From Chthonomonadaceae bacterium (GTDB lineage Bacteria; Armatimonadota; Chthonomonadetes; Chthonomonadales; Chthonomonadaceae): a stretch of 64,000 bases of DNA. The position numbers and the translations under genes were made by a program. Each line of letters begins with the position of its first letter. Positions within the stretch are counted from its first letter, which is position 1. The stretch covers positions 1-64,000 of the forward strand of contig DASRGZ010000206.1 in assembly GCA_035650735.1 (NCBI GenBank), read 5' to 3'. Under the pieces are notes generated by a model. It worked only from the letters and a program-made list of their open reading frames with translations. It was not told the origin of the DNA and did not search any database. This document shows, piece after piece, positions 19,357 to 29,186 of the stretch.

Positions 19357-20340
19357 CTAGGAGTGCGGCGCAGTCTCTCTCAACGCCTGCGCGGTCATTT
19401 CCGGCAGCGTATCGTTGATGAATGTGCCCGCCCCAGCCTCAGAACCGGCCAGATATTTCAATTTGTCGGGCGTGCGATAAGGCGGATAAAACTCAATGTG
19501 GAAACGATAGTAGCCGTAATCGGCGCTCGTTCCATCGGTAGGGCGCTGGTGCATCAGCATGATGTAGGGCATGGAGCGGTTCCACAGATGGTTATATTTC
19601 TCCATGACCACTTTGAGGATCGTGGCCAGGCCATGCTTCTCCTCCTCGGAAAAGTCCGGCAGGGCCGTGCGGGGTGCGCGCGGGAGGATATGCACCTCAT
19701 AAGGGTAGCGCGCAAAGAAGGGCACCACGGCCACGAAATGCGAGTTCTGGGCCACGAGGCGCCGCCCATCCGCTAACTCCTGCTCCAGCACGTCGCCGAT
19801 CAGGTCGCGGCCCGTGGCCCGGAAGTGCTCACGCGCTGCCCGCAGCTCACGCGCCGGGATGGGCGGGATAAAGGGGAAGGCATAGATCTGGCCGTGCGGG
19901 TGCGAAAGCGTCACGCCGATCTCTTTGCCCTTGTTCTCGAAGATGTAAACGTAGCGGACGAAATCATAGGCCCCCAGTTCTTCGAAGCGGTCCGTCCAGA
20001 CATAGATCAACTCCTCGATCTTGCGCACCGGCTGCGTGGCAAGTTCCGCTTCGTACTCTGGAGTATAGCACACAACTTCGCAAATTCCCTGTGCGGGAAG
20101 AACCGGCATTAGCTCCACCCCGTTGACTGCCGGAAACGGAGCCTTGCGCTGGAGCGAAGGAAACTTATTCTCAAAGACGACGATCTCATAAGTCGGCGCC
20201 GGAATCTCGGTGGGAAAGCCGCCGGGTTTGGTCGGAGCCAGGGGATCGTAGTCAGGTGGGGGGAAGAAGGTCCGCTCCTGGCGGTGCGTAGCGGTGATAA
20301 CCCACTCCTCCAGCACCGGGTTCCAACGCAACTCAGACAC
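19357..20340 (-). CDS. galT: Galactose-1-phosphate uridylyltransferase
   Basis: SELRWNP, CEVVCYT, FENKG, catalytic HPHGQ; GTG start at 20340. Confidence 0.95.
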   Translation of the reverse strand: MSELRWNPVLEEWVITATHRQERTFFPPPDYDPLAPTKPGGFPTEIPAPTYEIVVFENKFPSLQRKAPFPAVNGVELMPVLPAQGICEVVCYTPEYEAELATQPVRKIEELIYVWTDRFEELGAYDFVRYVYIFENKGKEIGVTLSHPHGQIYAFPFIPPIPARELRAAREHFRATGRDLIGDVLEQELADGRRLVAQNSHFVAVVPFFARYPYEVHILPRAPRTALPDFSEEEKHGLATILKVVMEKYNHLWNRSMPYIMLMHQRPTDGTSADYGYYRFHIEFYPPYRTPDKLKYLAGSEAGAGTFINDTLPEMTAQALRETAPHS

Positions 20341-20554
20341 GCCGCTCGCCCTCATTCTGCCGGGATGGCGCGGCCTCAACCGAACCGACTGCCGCGCCAG
20401 GAGGGAGGGAGGCGTTTTCCGCGCCCTCCGCTCCTGCCTGCACTGACGCGGGCAGGCTGGCAAAGGTTCCGGCTTGTTCCGGGCTCGCGCTTTCCGGGAA
20501 GTGATAGTAGATAAGATAGCGTCCATCCTCCTTGAGGTGGCGCTTCTTTTCCAT
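20333..20554 (-). CDS. Small protein overlapping galT start
   Basis: MEKKRHLKEDGRYLIYYHF; stop overlaps the galT start (GTGTCTGA). Confidence 0.6.
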   Translation of the reverse strand: MEKKRHLKEDGRYLIYYHFPESASPEQAGTFASLPASVQAGAEGAENASLPPGAAVGSVEAAPSRQNEGERRV

Positions 20555-20732
20555 ACGCATCGGATTTCTGCCTGGCAAAATTATGGGGTTCCCTTCCCAA
20601 TTACGCACCGTTTCGGCAAGAGTTCGCGTTGTTCCTCCTCATCTGGTCGTCTGCCCAGAAAAAAATCGCTAAAATCTTAAGGAAGGGGACAAGGGGTCAG
20701 GTCAAACACGAGGGAGGGAGGCCAGGCTCTAC

Positions 20733-21103
20733 GCCCTGGTGGCTGCGGCTTTTAGCTGCCTGAGGGAGAACCAGGGCCACTCAATTTCCTTTTCGGGCGG
20801 CTGAAGCCGCAGCAACCAAGGCACTAAACCCGCCTGCGCGGGTTCTGCCCTCACCCCCTGTCCCCACTGCTAGGGTCGGCGCTCAACGGACTGCAAGGGT
20901 CGGCAGGGTTACGGCCCCTGCCTCCGCCTCGCGACACGGCTCTGCCTTGCGACACCCCTCCGCCTTGCGATCCACGCTGCGGGAGAGGGGGAACCGAGAA
21001 GCCGGGTCACTCCCTTCCCTCGTAGGGAAGGGGGACGGGGGGTTAAGTAAGTCCCCGCAGGCCGACTTCGTGCCTTGGTTGCCGCGAATTTATTCGCCCG
21101 CAA
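20733..21103. repeat. Composite REP-like cluster with nested 46-bp elements (20866-20971)
   Basis: Several inverted arms; 20973-21047 resembles 44461-44531. Confidence 0.75.
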
Positions 21104-21136
21104 CCAAAAACTAAATGGCCCCGAGGGAGAACACAG

Positions 21137-21424
21137 CTAGGAGGAAGAAGATGCCGGAGGAGGGGAACCGCCCGCCCTCAGGCGGATGGTGGGACCACCG
21201 GGCACGACGACGACATCCCCGGGGCGCAGTTTGCGTCCGCGCCGCTGCTCAGGCTCGCCGTTGACCTGCACGGCGCTTGCCTCCAGATAGGCTTTGGCCG
21301 CTCCGCCCGTAGAAATAATACCTATAGCCTTGAGCAGCTGGCCGAGCGTGATATACTCCTCCTGGACGATGAAGACACGCTCCGGTTTGGCCGCGCCTCG
21401 TTTGCGCGTTGGATCGGTTCGCAA
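21137..21424 (-). CDS. S4-domain RNA-binding protein (YaaA/YbcJ-like)
   Basis: YITLGQLLK..STGG.AK..VQVNGE.EQRRGRKL.PGD; TTG start after gaggag. Confidence 0.9.
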   Translation of the reverse strand: MRTDPTRKRGAAKPERVFIVQEEYITLGQLLKAIGIISTGGAAKAYLEASAVQVNGEPEQRRGRKLRPGDVVVVPGGPTIRLRAGGSPPPASSSS

Positions 21425-21475
21425 CGCAGCCTCCTCTCTGGTCCCGGGCATAAGCCGGAGGCAGCGGGTGGGTTA

Positions 21476-21806
21476 GAGCCCCTAACAAAACCTGGCTGTC
21501 AGGCTCTCCCCTCACCCCGGTCCTCTCCCTGCAAGGCAGAGGGCGGACACTTGTTGTTCGACGGGCTAAAGCCCTTCGCTGGGTGGCCTACGGCCCAGTG
21601 TCCCCCTGCGGGGACACCCAAGAGCCTATCGAAAGGTTGTGTCCGCGTAGGCGGACATTGTCGCTAGGCGGAGGGCCGAATTATTGCAGGCCCGACCCTT
21701 GCAGTCCGAAGGCTACAAAGCGAAGGCATTCTATTCCGTCGCTAACAGCGATCTGTCCGCCCCTGAACCCTGCAAGGCAGAGGGAGTACGGTTTTGTTAG
21801 ACGCTC
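21476..21806. mobile_element. MITE with TTA target duplication at a stop codon, containing nested repeats
   Basis: Termini gagcccctaacaaaacc / ggttttgttagacgctc; TTA at 21473-75 and 21807-09; internal 17-bp direct repeat ccctgcaaggcagaggg. Confidence 0.75.
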
Positions 21807-24563
21807 TTAATCGGCTGCAGCCATGCCGCGCCAGTCTATGATGCCCGGTTGGGTCGGGCGGTCAGGCGGCTCCAGCGCCGCCAGCTCCAGGTGGAAAAGC
21901 AGGGATCGGGCCGGTGGCGCGCCCGGGTGCATCGCCTGCAGCAATTCATCGGCATAGGCGAGCGCCTCGTTGCGGTCTTGCGCCAGAAGGAGCAAGTGGA
22001 ACTGATCCATCTGGAAGGGAGGCAGCGCGCGCACGCGCAGCCGCATCTCCCAGGTCTTCAGAGGTTCCGTCGGCTCGCGCAGGTCGCGCAGGCCCTCCAG
22101 CGCCGCCGAGAGCAGCTCCAGCGGCCCCTCGGCTTCGGGCGCCAGGGGATGGAGCAGATTGAGCGCGCCCAGGTAGCAGGCGCGCGCCTCGGCAGTCTGC
22201 TGCTTTTGCGCGTAGTAGCGGCCCAATCCGACCCAGGCTGCCGGGTAGAGGGCGTCGGCGGTGGCGCGATGAAAATAGGCGGCGGCCTCTTCCCAGAGTT
22301 TGACGCGCGCATAGGCCATGCCCAGCAAAAAGAAGGTTTCCGGGCAGGCGTGCTGCGCTTCGAGGAGACGGGCCTGCGCATCGGCAGGTTCCCGATGATC
22401 GCGCATCAGATGGGCGCGCACGGAAGCCAGGAGAGCATCGCGATCCTGAAGACCGCCCGGCAGGCGCTCCAGATACGCGAGCTCGGCGCTGGCCTCGCGC
22501 GCCTTGCCCGCGCTGAGCAGGGCTTGTGCCAGGCGCAGGCGCAGGCGAGCCGTCTCGGGAGTGAGCGTAACGGCACGGCGCAGATTGGCAATGGCCGCGC
22601 GCGTCTTGCCGCGCTGCAGCTGGATCATGCCAAGCGCGCCCAGAAGGGTGGGATGCAGCGGCACGCGCTCAATCAGGCCGAGCAGATGCGCCTCGGCGGC
22701 AACGTAATTTCCTGCCGCCAGGCATCCCCAGGCCACGGCCCAGTTCACCCAGGGATTGCCGCTAAAGACGCACACGGCTTGCGCGAGGTGGGCGCTGCCG
22801 GCCCTCTCTGCCCCCAGACACTGCGAGGCCACGCCCGCCAGCAGCAATCCCTCCGCGCAGTTCTTGTGGATATCCAAGCACCTCAGGCCGCAGGCCAGCG
22901 CCTCCTTATAGTCGCAGGCGGTCAGGGCCGCGTAGCCCTGCTCGCTCCAGTAGCGCAGCTTCTCCGGCTTGCGCGCCGAGGTGGGCGGGCCGGGCGCTCT
23001 GGGAAGGCAGTTCAGGGACGTCAGCGCGTGCTTATGGGCCGCATTCCGCGCCGCCTTGAACGAATCTTCCCACTGCGTATATTCCGGGATAGGCAGCGTA
23101 CGGGGGCCGGAGGGCGCTCCACGCCGCGCGACCACAATTCCGCCGAGGATCAGCAAGAGGCTGGAAAGCAGCCACGGCAGAGGCGCCATGTCCGCACCTA
23201 AAGAGGCCATCGCGCCTAGCAGCCCGACTATGCCGCACAGGATGAAGAAGACTCCCAGCCATTCCAGCGCAGTCATGGAGCGGCGGAACTGGCGGCGGCT
23301 CTTGCGCTCCCAGCGGCTTAGCGCCTCCGACTCTTTGCGCTCTTCCTCGGCCTGCACGCGCTCTATCTGGTCGAACAGGCGGTCGGCCAGCGCATCGGAA
23401 TCGCGCAGCCAGGCGACCGGAGCCGTCTGGAGAGGGATAAGCATCCGCGTCGAGGCGTCGGAAGGCGCGTCCTGCGTCGGAGGGGAGGGGAGCTCTCCCG
23501 GAACCGGCAGGCGCGCGCCGACGCTGGCGAAGCGATCTTCCAGGGTAGGATGCGTGTCAAAGGGGGAACGGCGGTCGGTCGCCAGCGCCTCTTGTATAAG
23601 GCGGGCCGTCTCTGCCGCGTCGGCTGGCAGGAGCTTCTGGCGCAGCCACTGCGTATAGCTCTCCTCGCGTTGGCTCTGGACGATGCGATCTCCCCAGGGA
23701 AGTTCCCGCGCCTTTAAGCTGATCACCACGGTCTTCAAGAGCGCGTTGCCAAACGTCTGCGCGCCGCATTGTTCGGCGGAGAGGCGGTCGGCCAGGAACT
23801 CATCCTGGCGGGAGTAGGCGGCAAAGAGCCTGGTTTCGGCCCTGGCAATGGTCCCGGAGAGGAATGCCAGGATCTGAGCCGTGTAGAACTGTGACCAGAG
23901 TTGCCCGGCACGTTTGTTCTGAGGGCGCTCTCGCCGGGCACGCTCCTCCCGCTCCAGCGCCTGGAGCGCCTGGGTCAGCCGGTGCGCTCGCAGCATGCCC
24001 CGGACCGTCCAGTTCTTCAGGCCGCGCTGGACGAGTTTGGCGTGAGCCATCTCATGCAGCACAATCGCTTCCAGTTCCGACTCGCTGAACGTAGCGAGCA
24101 GATCGAAGCCCAGGCAGAGGGTGCTTTTGCCGCGCCCCTGACGGTAGCCTTCGATCTGTATCCAGGCGCTTTGGGCCATCTCCATGACGAGGGCGGTCGG
24201 TTCCGGGCAGCCCACGCGGCGAGCGCAATCGCGCACCAGCGCAAACAGGCGCGGCGCGTCGGCTTCCGTCAGGGACAGGTGGAAGCGCGTGCCTTGTTCC
24301 AATCGCAGGCTGCTCAACGTAACGCGCGCGAGCCGAAACAGCCGCTCTAAGGGCTGGATCATGAGGCGGCTCATGCCGACGCGCAGCAGCGCGATCAGCA
24401 CCGCGATATCCAGGACGATCAGCGCGCCGACGGCCAGCAGCATCAGCAGGCAGAACAGGTAGAGCAGCAGGTTGAGCAGAGCCAGCATGGCTGCCAGCCC
24501 AAGCCGGGCCGGAGCGGAGAGCGGCTTTTCTGCCAGCGGCATGGGAGCGGATGTTGTTTTCAC
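21807..24563 (-). CDS. M48-family metallopeptidase with TM segments and TPR repeats
   Basis: HEMAH, EFLAD, DTHP motifs; C-terminal TPR-like helices. Confidence 0.88.
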   Translation of the reverse strand: MKTTSAPMPLAEKPLSAPARLGLAAMLALLNLLLYLFCLLMLLAVGALIVLDIAVLIALLRVGMSRLMIQPLERLFRLARVTLSSLRLEQGTRFHLSLTEADAPRLFALVRDCARRVGCPEPTALVMEMAQSAWIQIEGYRQGRGKSTLCLGFDLLATFSESELEAIVLHEMAHAKLVQRGLKNWTVRGMLRAHRLTQALQALEREERARRERPQNKRAGQLWSQFYTAQILAFLSGTIARAETRLFAAYSRQDEFLADRLSAEQCGAQTFGNALLKTVVISLKARELPWGDRIVQSQREESYTQWLRQKLLPADAAETARLIQEALATDRRSPFDTHPTLEDRFASVGARLPVPGELPSPPTQDAPSDASTRMLIPLQTAPVAWLRDSDALADRLFDQIERVQAEEERKESEALSRWERKSRRQFRRSMTALEWLGVFFILCGIVGLLGAMASLGADMAPLPWLLSSLLLILGGIVVARRGAPSGPRTLPIPEYTQWEDSFKAARNAAHKHALTSLNCLPRAPGPPTSARKPEKLRYWSEQGYAALTACDYKEALACGLRCLDIHKNCAEGLLLAGVASQCLGAERAGSAHLAQAVCVFSGNPWVNWAVAWGCLAAGNYVAAEAHLLGLIERVPLHPTLLGALGMIQLQRGKTRAAIANLRRAVTLTPETARLRLRLAQALLSAGKAREASAELAYLERLPGGLQDRDALLASVRAHLMRDHREPADAQARLLEAQHACPETFFLLGMAYARVKLWEEAAAYFHRATADALYPAAWVGLGRYYAQKQQTAEARACYLGALNLLHPLAPEAEGPLELLSAALEGLRDLREPTEPLKTWEMRLRVRALPPFQMDQFHLLLLAQDRNEALAYADELLQAMHPGAPPARSLLFHLELAALEPPDRPTQPGIIDWRGMAAAD

Positions 24564-24729
24564 GGGGTTCCTGTGTTCTTAATGGGGTGCGCAGGCATCC
24601 TGGGGATGGCAAGGCATCTGGCGGCAGGCAATGCCTGCCGGTTTCTCCTATGGATACGTCCGGCAGGTCAAGCCATCAAGACAATCAATGCCTGGCGCTG
24701 CAAGAGCACGCCATGCGTTCTTATCCTCA

Positions 24730-24758
24730 ATTATACGCCGCTTCCTGCCCGGCGTCAA
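24730..24758 (-). promoter_or_regulatory. sigma70-type promoter upstream of the M48 gene
   Basis: TTGACG-17 bp-TATAAT. Confidence 0.7.
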
Positions 24759-24928
24759 CGGCTGACCGCAGGCAGCAGGCGGACGGATAGACTGTAAACT
24801 GGATGTCGGACAATGCTCGCCTGCAACTGAAAACGAAACGGCCCTGCCTCCTAGGCAGGGCTTTGGGGTCATGCACGCGAATAGATATCTGGCTCAGACG
24901 AGCCAGCTAGGAGCAAGGGGGAACGCAG

Positions 24929-25261
24929 ATGCACAAGGTACCTGGCACATTTAAACGGTTTCTGGAGACCTATCCGGAGGTGGCCCGCGCTTACGAGCAG
25001 TTGGGCAAGGCGACGCAGGACTGGGGACCGCTGGACAAGCGCACGCGCGAACTGGTCAAGCTGGGCATTGCGGTCGGCAATCGCCATGAGGGGGCGGTCC
25101 ATTCGCATGTGCGCCGGGCGCTGGATGCGGGAGCGACACCGGAGGAGATTCGGCACGTCATTCTGCTTTCGATGACGACCATCGGCTTTCCGAACATGAT
25201 GGCCGCGCTCACCTGGGCAGAGGACGTCCTGAACGCCGATGAAGCGGGCACTGAAGGGTAA
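24929..25261 (+). CDS. Carboxymuconolactone decarboxylase (CMD/AhpD-like) family
   Basis: GPLDKRTRELVKLGIAVG..HSHVRRAL..GAT.EEI..TIGFP. Confidence 0.9.
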   Translation: MHKVPGTFKRFLETYPEVARAYEQLGKATQDWGPLDKRTRELVKLGIAVGNRHEGAVHSHVRRALDAGATPEEIRHVILLSMTTIGFPNMMAALTWAEDVLNADEAGTEG

Positions 25262-25300
25262 AGGCATCCTATCCTCCGCCCGGCTTCGAGTGCCTCTATC

Positions 25301-25628
25301 ACAAGGGAATCCATTCCCTCGCTGTGTGGCCTAACGGCCCAGTCTGCCCCTATGGGGAGACGTACCAGGCTCTCAGGCGGTACGTGTCCACAAAGGTGTC
25401 GCCAGGCGGAGGGCTGTGGCCAGGTGTGGCTAGGCGGAGGCGCGAACCATTGCCGCGCCGACCCGAGCAGGGGCCCGAGCCCTTGTAGGGCCGACCCTGG
25501 CAGTCCGTTGTAGGCCCGACCTTAGCAGTGGCGCGAACCGTTGAGCGCCGAACCTTGCAGTCCATTGCAGGCCCGACCCTGGCAGTCACTGGGCGGGACG
25601 CCACACAGCGAAGGGCTTTAGCCCGTCG
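25301..25628. repeat. REP-like doublet with a stack of nested 46-bp elements (25398-25586)
   Basis: Four to five tandem right ends of the form ..CCGACCCTKGCAGT. Confidence 0.8.
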
Positions 25629-25640
25629 TCGAGAGAAGCC

Positions 25641-26264
25641 TTACTTCCCGCCGTTCACATCCGCCTCACGTTCCAGCCGCCGCTGTGCGCAGCGCGACAC
25701 AAGCGGCAGGTTGTCGAAATCCAGCCCGCGCCGCGTGGCCATCTCGCGTCCCAATGCGGTAATCGCGGACGGCTCCAGCACTGCACCGGCCAGCGGGAAA
25801 ATCTGGTTATCCTCGACGGCGATATGCCGCCGATACATCTCGCGCAGGTTTAGGAGCAGCGTCAGGAGGCAGTCGGTCTCTTCGAGGGAAAGCGTGCCCT
25901 CTTCCAGCCAGCGCCGCCCTAACCTATCCACCTCCGCATGCGCCTCGTCGGCGGTGCGATGATCGGCCTCCAGCGCCTCTACCGCCGCCAGCGCGGCTTC
26001 CACCTCGGCACTGCCGGAGGCGCGCATACGCGGAAACAGGGACTCTTCCTCATCGCGCGTATGTAGGGGCGCGGCCCTTTCAAAGTAGCGCAGGGCCGTT
26101 TCCAGGGCCTCCTGCTGGGCAATATCCAGCGGGCCGCCGCGCGCCTGCTCCGTAACCCGGAGCAGCTGCCCCAAGAAGCGCTCGATACGGCGGTGACAGT
26201 CGCTGAGCAGGCCCAACGGACGGTTAAAATCATTCTCTGGAGCGGCGCCAATCTTAATAGGCAT
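25641..26264 (-). CDS. Hemerythrin-domain protein
   Basis: CHRRIE, HTRDEE..LFP, H, HIAVED..FP. Confidence 0.9.
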   Translation of the reverse strand: MPIKIGAAPENDFNRPLGLLSDCHRRIERFLGQLLRVTEQARGGPLDIAQQEALETALRYFERAAPLHTRDEEESLFPRMRASGSAEVEAALAAVEALEADHRTADEAHAEVDRLGRRWLEEGTLSLEETDCLLTLLLNLREMYRRHIAVEDNQIFPLAGAVLEPSAITALGREMATRRGLDFDNLPLVSRCAQRRLEREADVNGGK

Positions 26265-26739
26265 ACGAAAATCCTCCCATCTAAAACGGTCTCTTCAGAG
26301 AAAGTTATTTTTAAATCTATCTCTGCTTGAATCTCGCTCTGACCTCGGCTCTGATAGCGGGTAGGGCATGACCTCCCGATGTTCTTATTCGGGCTGCCTC
26401 ATTATAGGTGACATTCTCAAAGGCAGACATCCCCGAAATGGCGGATTGTGAAGGTCGGACAGAGAACCCACCTGTGCCTGTCCACGTTTTCTACCGTAAT
26501 TACTACGTCTACTGCCTCGGCTGCAATTCCCGCTCCATAGCCTCCCATCGCCATACCCATGCTGGCAGGAAAGCAGCGCATGGGGGCTGGCGTGCGCGCA
26601 AAGGGGCCGGCAACGCTCCGGGGAGGAGAATTGCCTTAGAAGCGAGAACCAGCAGCTTTATCTGTAGCCAGGGCTTTGCCTGACCTGCTACAATACTTTC
26701 CTAACAATCTTTCTCAATAAGCGGTTAACCATTCATCCT

Positions 26740-26919
26740 ATGACCATTCGCACCCGATCCGAATCCTCACCCTTCCGATGTCCTAACTGTGGCCGACGGC
26801 TCACAAGATGGGCCAGGCGTTGTTACGCCTGCCCCTGGAAAAGGCAGCTCTCTCCCCTGCTGCTCTCCGTGATGGCCATGCTGCTCTTGCTATGGGTATT
26901 GCTGATGCAACACCGCTAA
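26740..26919 (+). CDS. 59-aa zinc-ribbon plus TM protein (below ORF-track cutoff)
   Basis: Own translation: MTIRTRSESSPFRCPNCGRRLTRWARRCYACPWKRQLSPLLLSVMAMLLLLWVLLMQHR. Confidence 0.55.
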   Translation: MTIRTRSESSPFRCPNCGRRLTRWARRCYACPWKRQLSPLLLSVMAMLLLLWVLLMQHR

Positions 26920-27067
26920 TTTCCCGATCCGCCCTCCCTCTTACACAGAGCGCACGGCGAGCGCGGCCCCAGGGGAAGGCGGGGCGGCTATGGCGCGGGC
27001 GGCCCTGGCTCGTGAAACGGAGGCTTAGGCTGGGGCAAGGTTCAAGAGAAAGTTTCTACCAGCACCT

Positions 27068-28303
27068 ACGTGCAGATATAGCAGCGGAACGGCACCGAAG
27101 GCTTGGGCGATCCAAAATGACCGCTATGTCCAGCAGGCTAACCAACTGCCCTGGCTCAAACCTAAGGCTCCTGCTCTTTCAGGCGTGTTCTCCCAGGTGC
27201 TCCAGGACTGTCTGAAGCAGTTGGAGAAAGCCTATCAGCACTTCTTTGAAAGGCTTAAGGAGTACAAGGAGCGCCAAGCGCAAGGGAAACTGTGTCCTGG
27301 AGAAGAGCCGCCTCGTCCTCCCCGGTTCCAGGGCAAAGAGCGGTATCGCTCCCTCTGCTACCCACAATGGGGAAACGGGGTCAAGCTGGAAGGCGAGTGT
27401 CTTGTCCTCTCCAAGATTGGCGCTGTCTCTGTCCGATTGCATCGTCCCTTGCAGGGAATACCCAAGACCTGCGCCCTTGTCAAGAAAGCCGATGGTTGGT
27501 ATGCCTCTATCTGCTGCCAAGTCGAAGCAGAGCCGCTGCCAGACACCGGTCAAGAGGTTGGAATGGACCTGGGCCTGGAGAACTTTGCTACCTTCACTGA
27601 CGACCAGGTAATCCCTCCCAACGGTGTGGACGTATCTCCTCAGCAGCAGGCTGCGTGAGATTGATCCACACGGCTGGGAGTGTCTACCGACGACCATCCT
27701 CCCATTGCAAACCCCCGACCTCTTCAGAAAGCCCTGGCTTCTCTGCGGAAGGCGCAGCGCCGATTGGAACGGCGTACCCGCCGCGACAAGAACCGCAGGC
27801 TGCTTCCCCGGCAGAGCTGGCGACGGGAGAAGGCCAGAGTCCTGCTCGCCAAAGCGCATCTGCGGGTCGCACGCGCCAGAGCCGACTTTCATCACAAGCT
27901 CGCCCGCGCTCTGGTAAACCGGTTCAGTATCTTGTATGTAGAGCATCTGAACATCGCTGGGATGCTCCAAAATCCCTCTCTGGCTCGCCACATCATGGAT
28001 GTAGGCTGGGGGAGCTTCCTGGCCGTACTGAGAGCTAAAGCGCAACGCGCCGGACGGACGGTGGTGGAAGTCAGCCCCTACCGCACCAGCCAAAACTGTT
28101 GTTCCTGCGGCCAATACGTTCCCAAAGCCCTCTTAGTCCGAATACACTCGTGTCCGTACTGTGGGTTGGTTGTTCACCGGGACAAGAACGCGGCAGAGCA
28201 CATCAAGAAAGTGGGCAGGGACGCTGCCCTCGGACGCGAACGTAGGCGCAGTAAGGTCATGCGTGGTCCGAGAACCAAAAGCACCCAGGCGTTAGCCGGG
28301 TGA
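27068..28303 (+). pseudogene. tnpB: IS200/IS605-family TnpB with decayed N-terminus, interrupted by a MITE; no tnpA seen
   Basis: QQANQLPWLK..SQVLQD, GMDLG, VEHL, TSQNCCSCG..CPYCG, HRDKNAA; removing 90 bp joins FATFTDD to HPPIANPR in frame. Confidence 0.9.
27607..27688. mobile_element. 82-bp MITE with 8-bp target duplication
   Basis: Termini GGTAATCCCTCCCAACGGTGTGGA / revcomp GGTAGACACTCCCAGCCGTGTGGA; GACGACCA at 27599-27606 and 27689-27696. Confidence 0.92.
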
Positions 28304-28331
28304 GCCGTCACAAGAGCGTTATCCGGGTTCG
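28210..28331 (+). ncRNA. Putative TnpB omega/reRNA region and IS right end (boundaries approximate)
   Basis: Subterminal hairpin cacccaggc..gccgggtg followed by TCAC (28308-28311); RNA inferred from family knowledge. Confidence 0.5.
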
Positions 28332-28418
28332 ACCCTGGCGCGCCGACTAGAACGAGGGAGACAACTCTGAAGCGGAAACGCGACAAAGACATACAGCCCA
28401 GGCGTAAGGGTAAGCTGG

Positions 28419-29186
28419 ATGAATGAGATAAGTTATCCCATTCTTGAGTTTGACGCCACGCCCGAGGCGCTGATCAGCCCTGAGCGGCTGATCACGCCTC
28501 AGGACGTGCCTGAACATGCCGTCGCCTGCTTCTTCAGCGAGGTCATTGAGAAGCTATGCCAGCAGCATGGAGCCTGCGTGGTACATCCGCTCCGTAGTGA
28601 GATGGGTGTCCACCCCGTCTACGAGATGCAGGTAGACGGCAAGCGGCTGGCTATCTTCCACCCTGGGCTGGGCGCTCCGTTGGCGGCGGGTCTGCTGGAG
28701 GAGGTGATCGCGCTCGGTTGCCGCAAGTTCAGCGCCTGCGGGGGCGCAGGCGTGCTCGACAGCCAGATCGCCTGCGGGCATGTGATCGTGGCCCATTCGG
28801 CGGTGCGGGACGAGGGTACATCTTACCACTACCTGCCGCCTAGTCGTGAGGTCCAAGCCAGCCCGCGCGCCGTGGCCGCCATCGAGGAGACGTTGAGGCG
28901 CCATCGGATCGAGTACCTGATGGGCAAGACCTGGACGACGGACGCCTTCTATCGGGAGACGTCCAACAGGGTCAAGCGCCGCAAGGAGGAGGGCAGTCTG
29001 ACGGTGGAGATGGAGGCGGCAGCCTTCTTTGCCGTGTCCCAGTTCCGCCATGTGGAGTTCGGTCAGTTACTCTATGGTGGGGACGACGTAGGTGGCGAGG
29101 AGTGGGATGCCCGCCTCTGGCACGGGCAGCCGACGACCCGTGAGAAGCTCTTCTGGCTGGCGGCGGAGGCGTGCCTGACTCTTTAG
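28419..29186 (+). CDS. Nucleoside phosphorylase (PNP/UDP family)
   Basis: GLGAP, RDEGTSYHY, WTTDAFYRET, VEMEAAA. Confidence 0.92.
   Translation: MNEISYPILEFDATPEALISPERLITPQDVPEHAVACFFSEVIEKLCQQHGACVVHPLRSEMGVHPVYEMQVDGKRLAIFHPGLGAPLAAGLLEEVIALGCRKFSACGGAGVLDSQIACGHVIVAHSAVRDEGTSYHYLPPSREVQASPRAVAAIEETLRRHRIEYLMGKTWTTDAFYRETSNRVKRRKEEGSLTVEMEAAAFFAVSQFRHVEFGQLLYGGDDVGGEEWDARLWHGQPTTREKLFWLAAEACLTL

Noticed and set aside
21849..23201. Long plus-strand ORF, and similar shadow ORFs such as 17856..19034, 42993..44180, 50130..51506 and 62900..63682
   Set aside because: Antisense or off-frame shadows of well-supported genes, expected at high GC
24564..24729. Riboswitch in the M48 gene leader
   Set aside because: Some hairpins are present but no recognisable aptamer consensus
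25398..25586. CRISPR array
   Set aside because: Units are degenerate and irregularly spaced without unique spacers; better explained by nested 46-bp elements
26408..26683. 91-aa ORF with a single CxxC
   Set aside because: No clear RBS or recognisable family; cannot be supported
26985..27040. Possible 5' half of a tRNA-Pro left of the tnpB relic
   Set aside because: D-arm and anticodon arm do not fold convincingly
27185..28303. Cas12f-like effector for the mini-array at 61971
   Set aside because: Has IS200/IS605-type right-end features, is disrupted, and lies over 33 kb from the repeats
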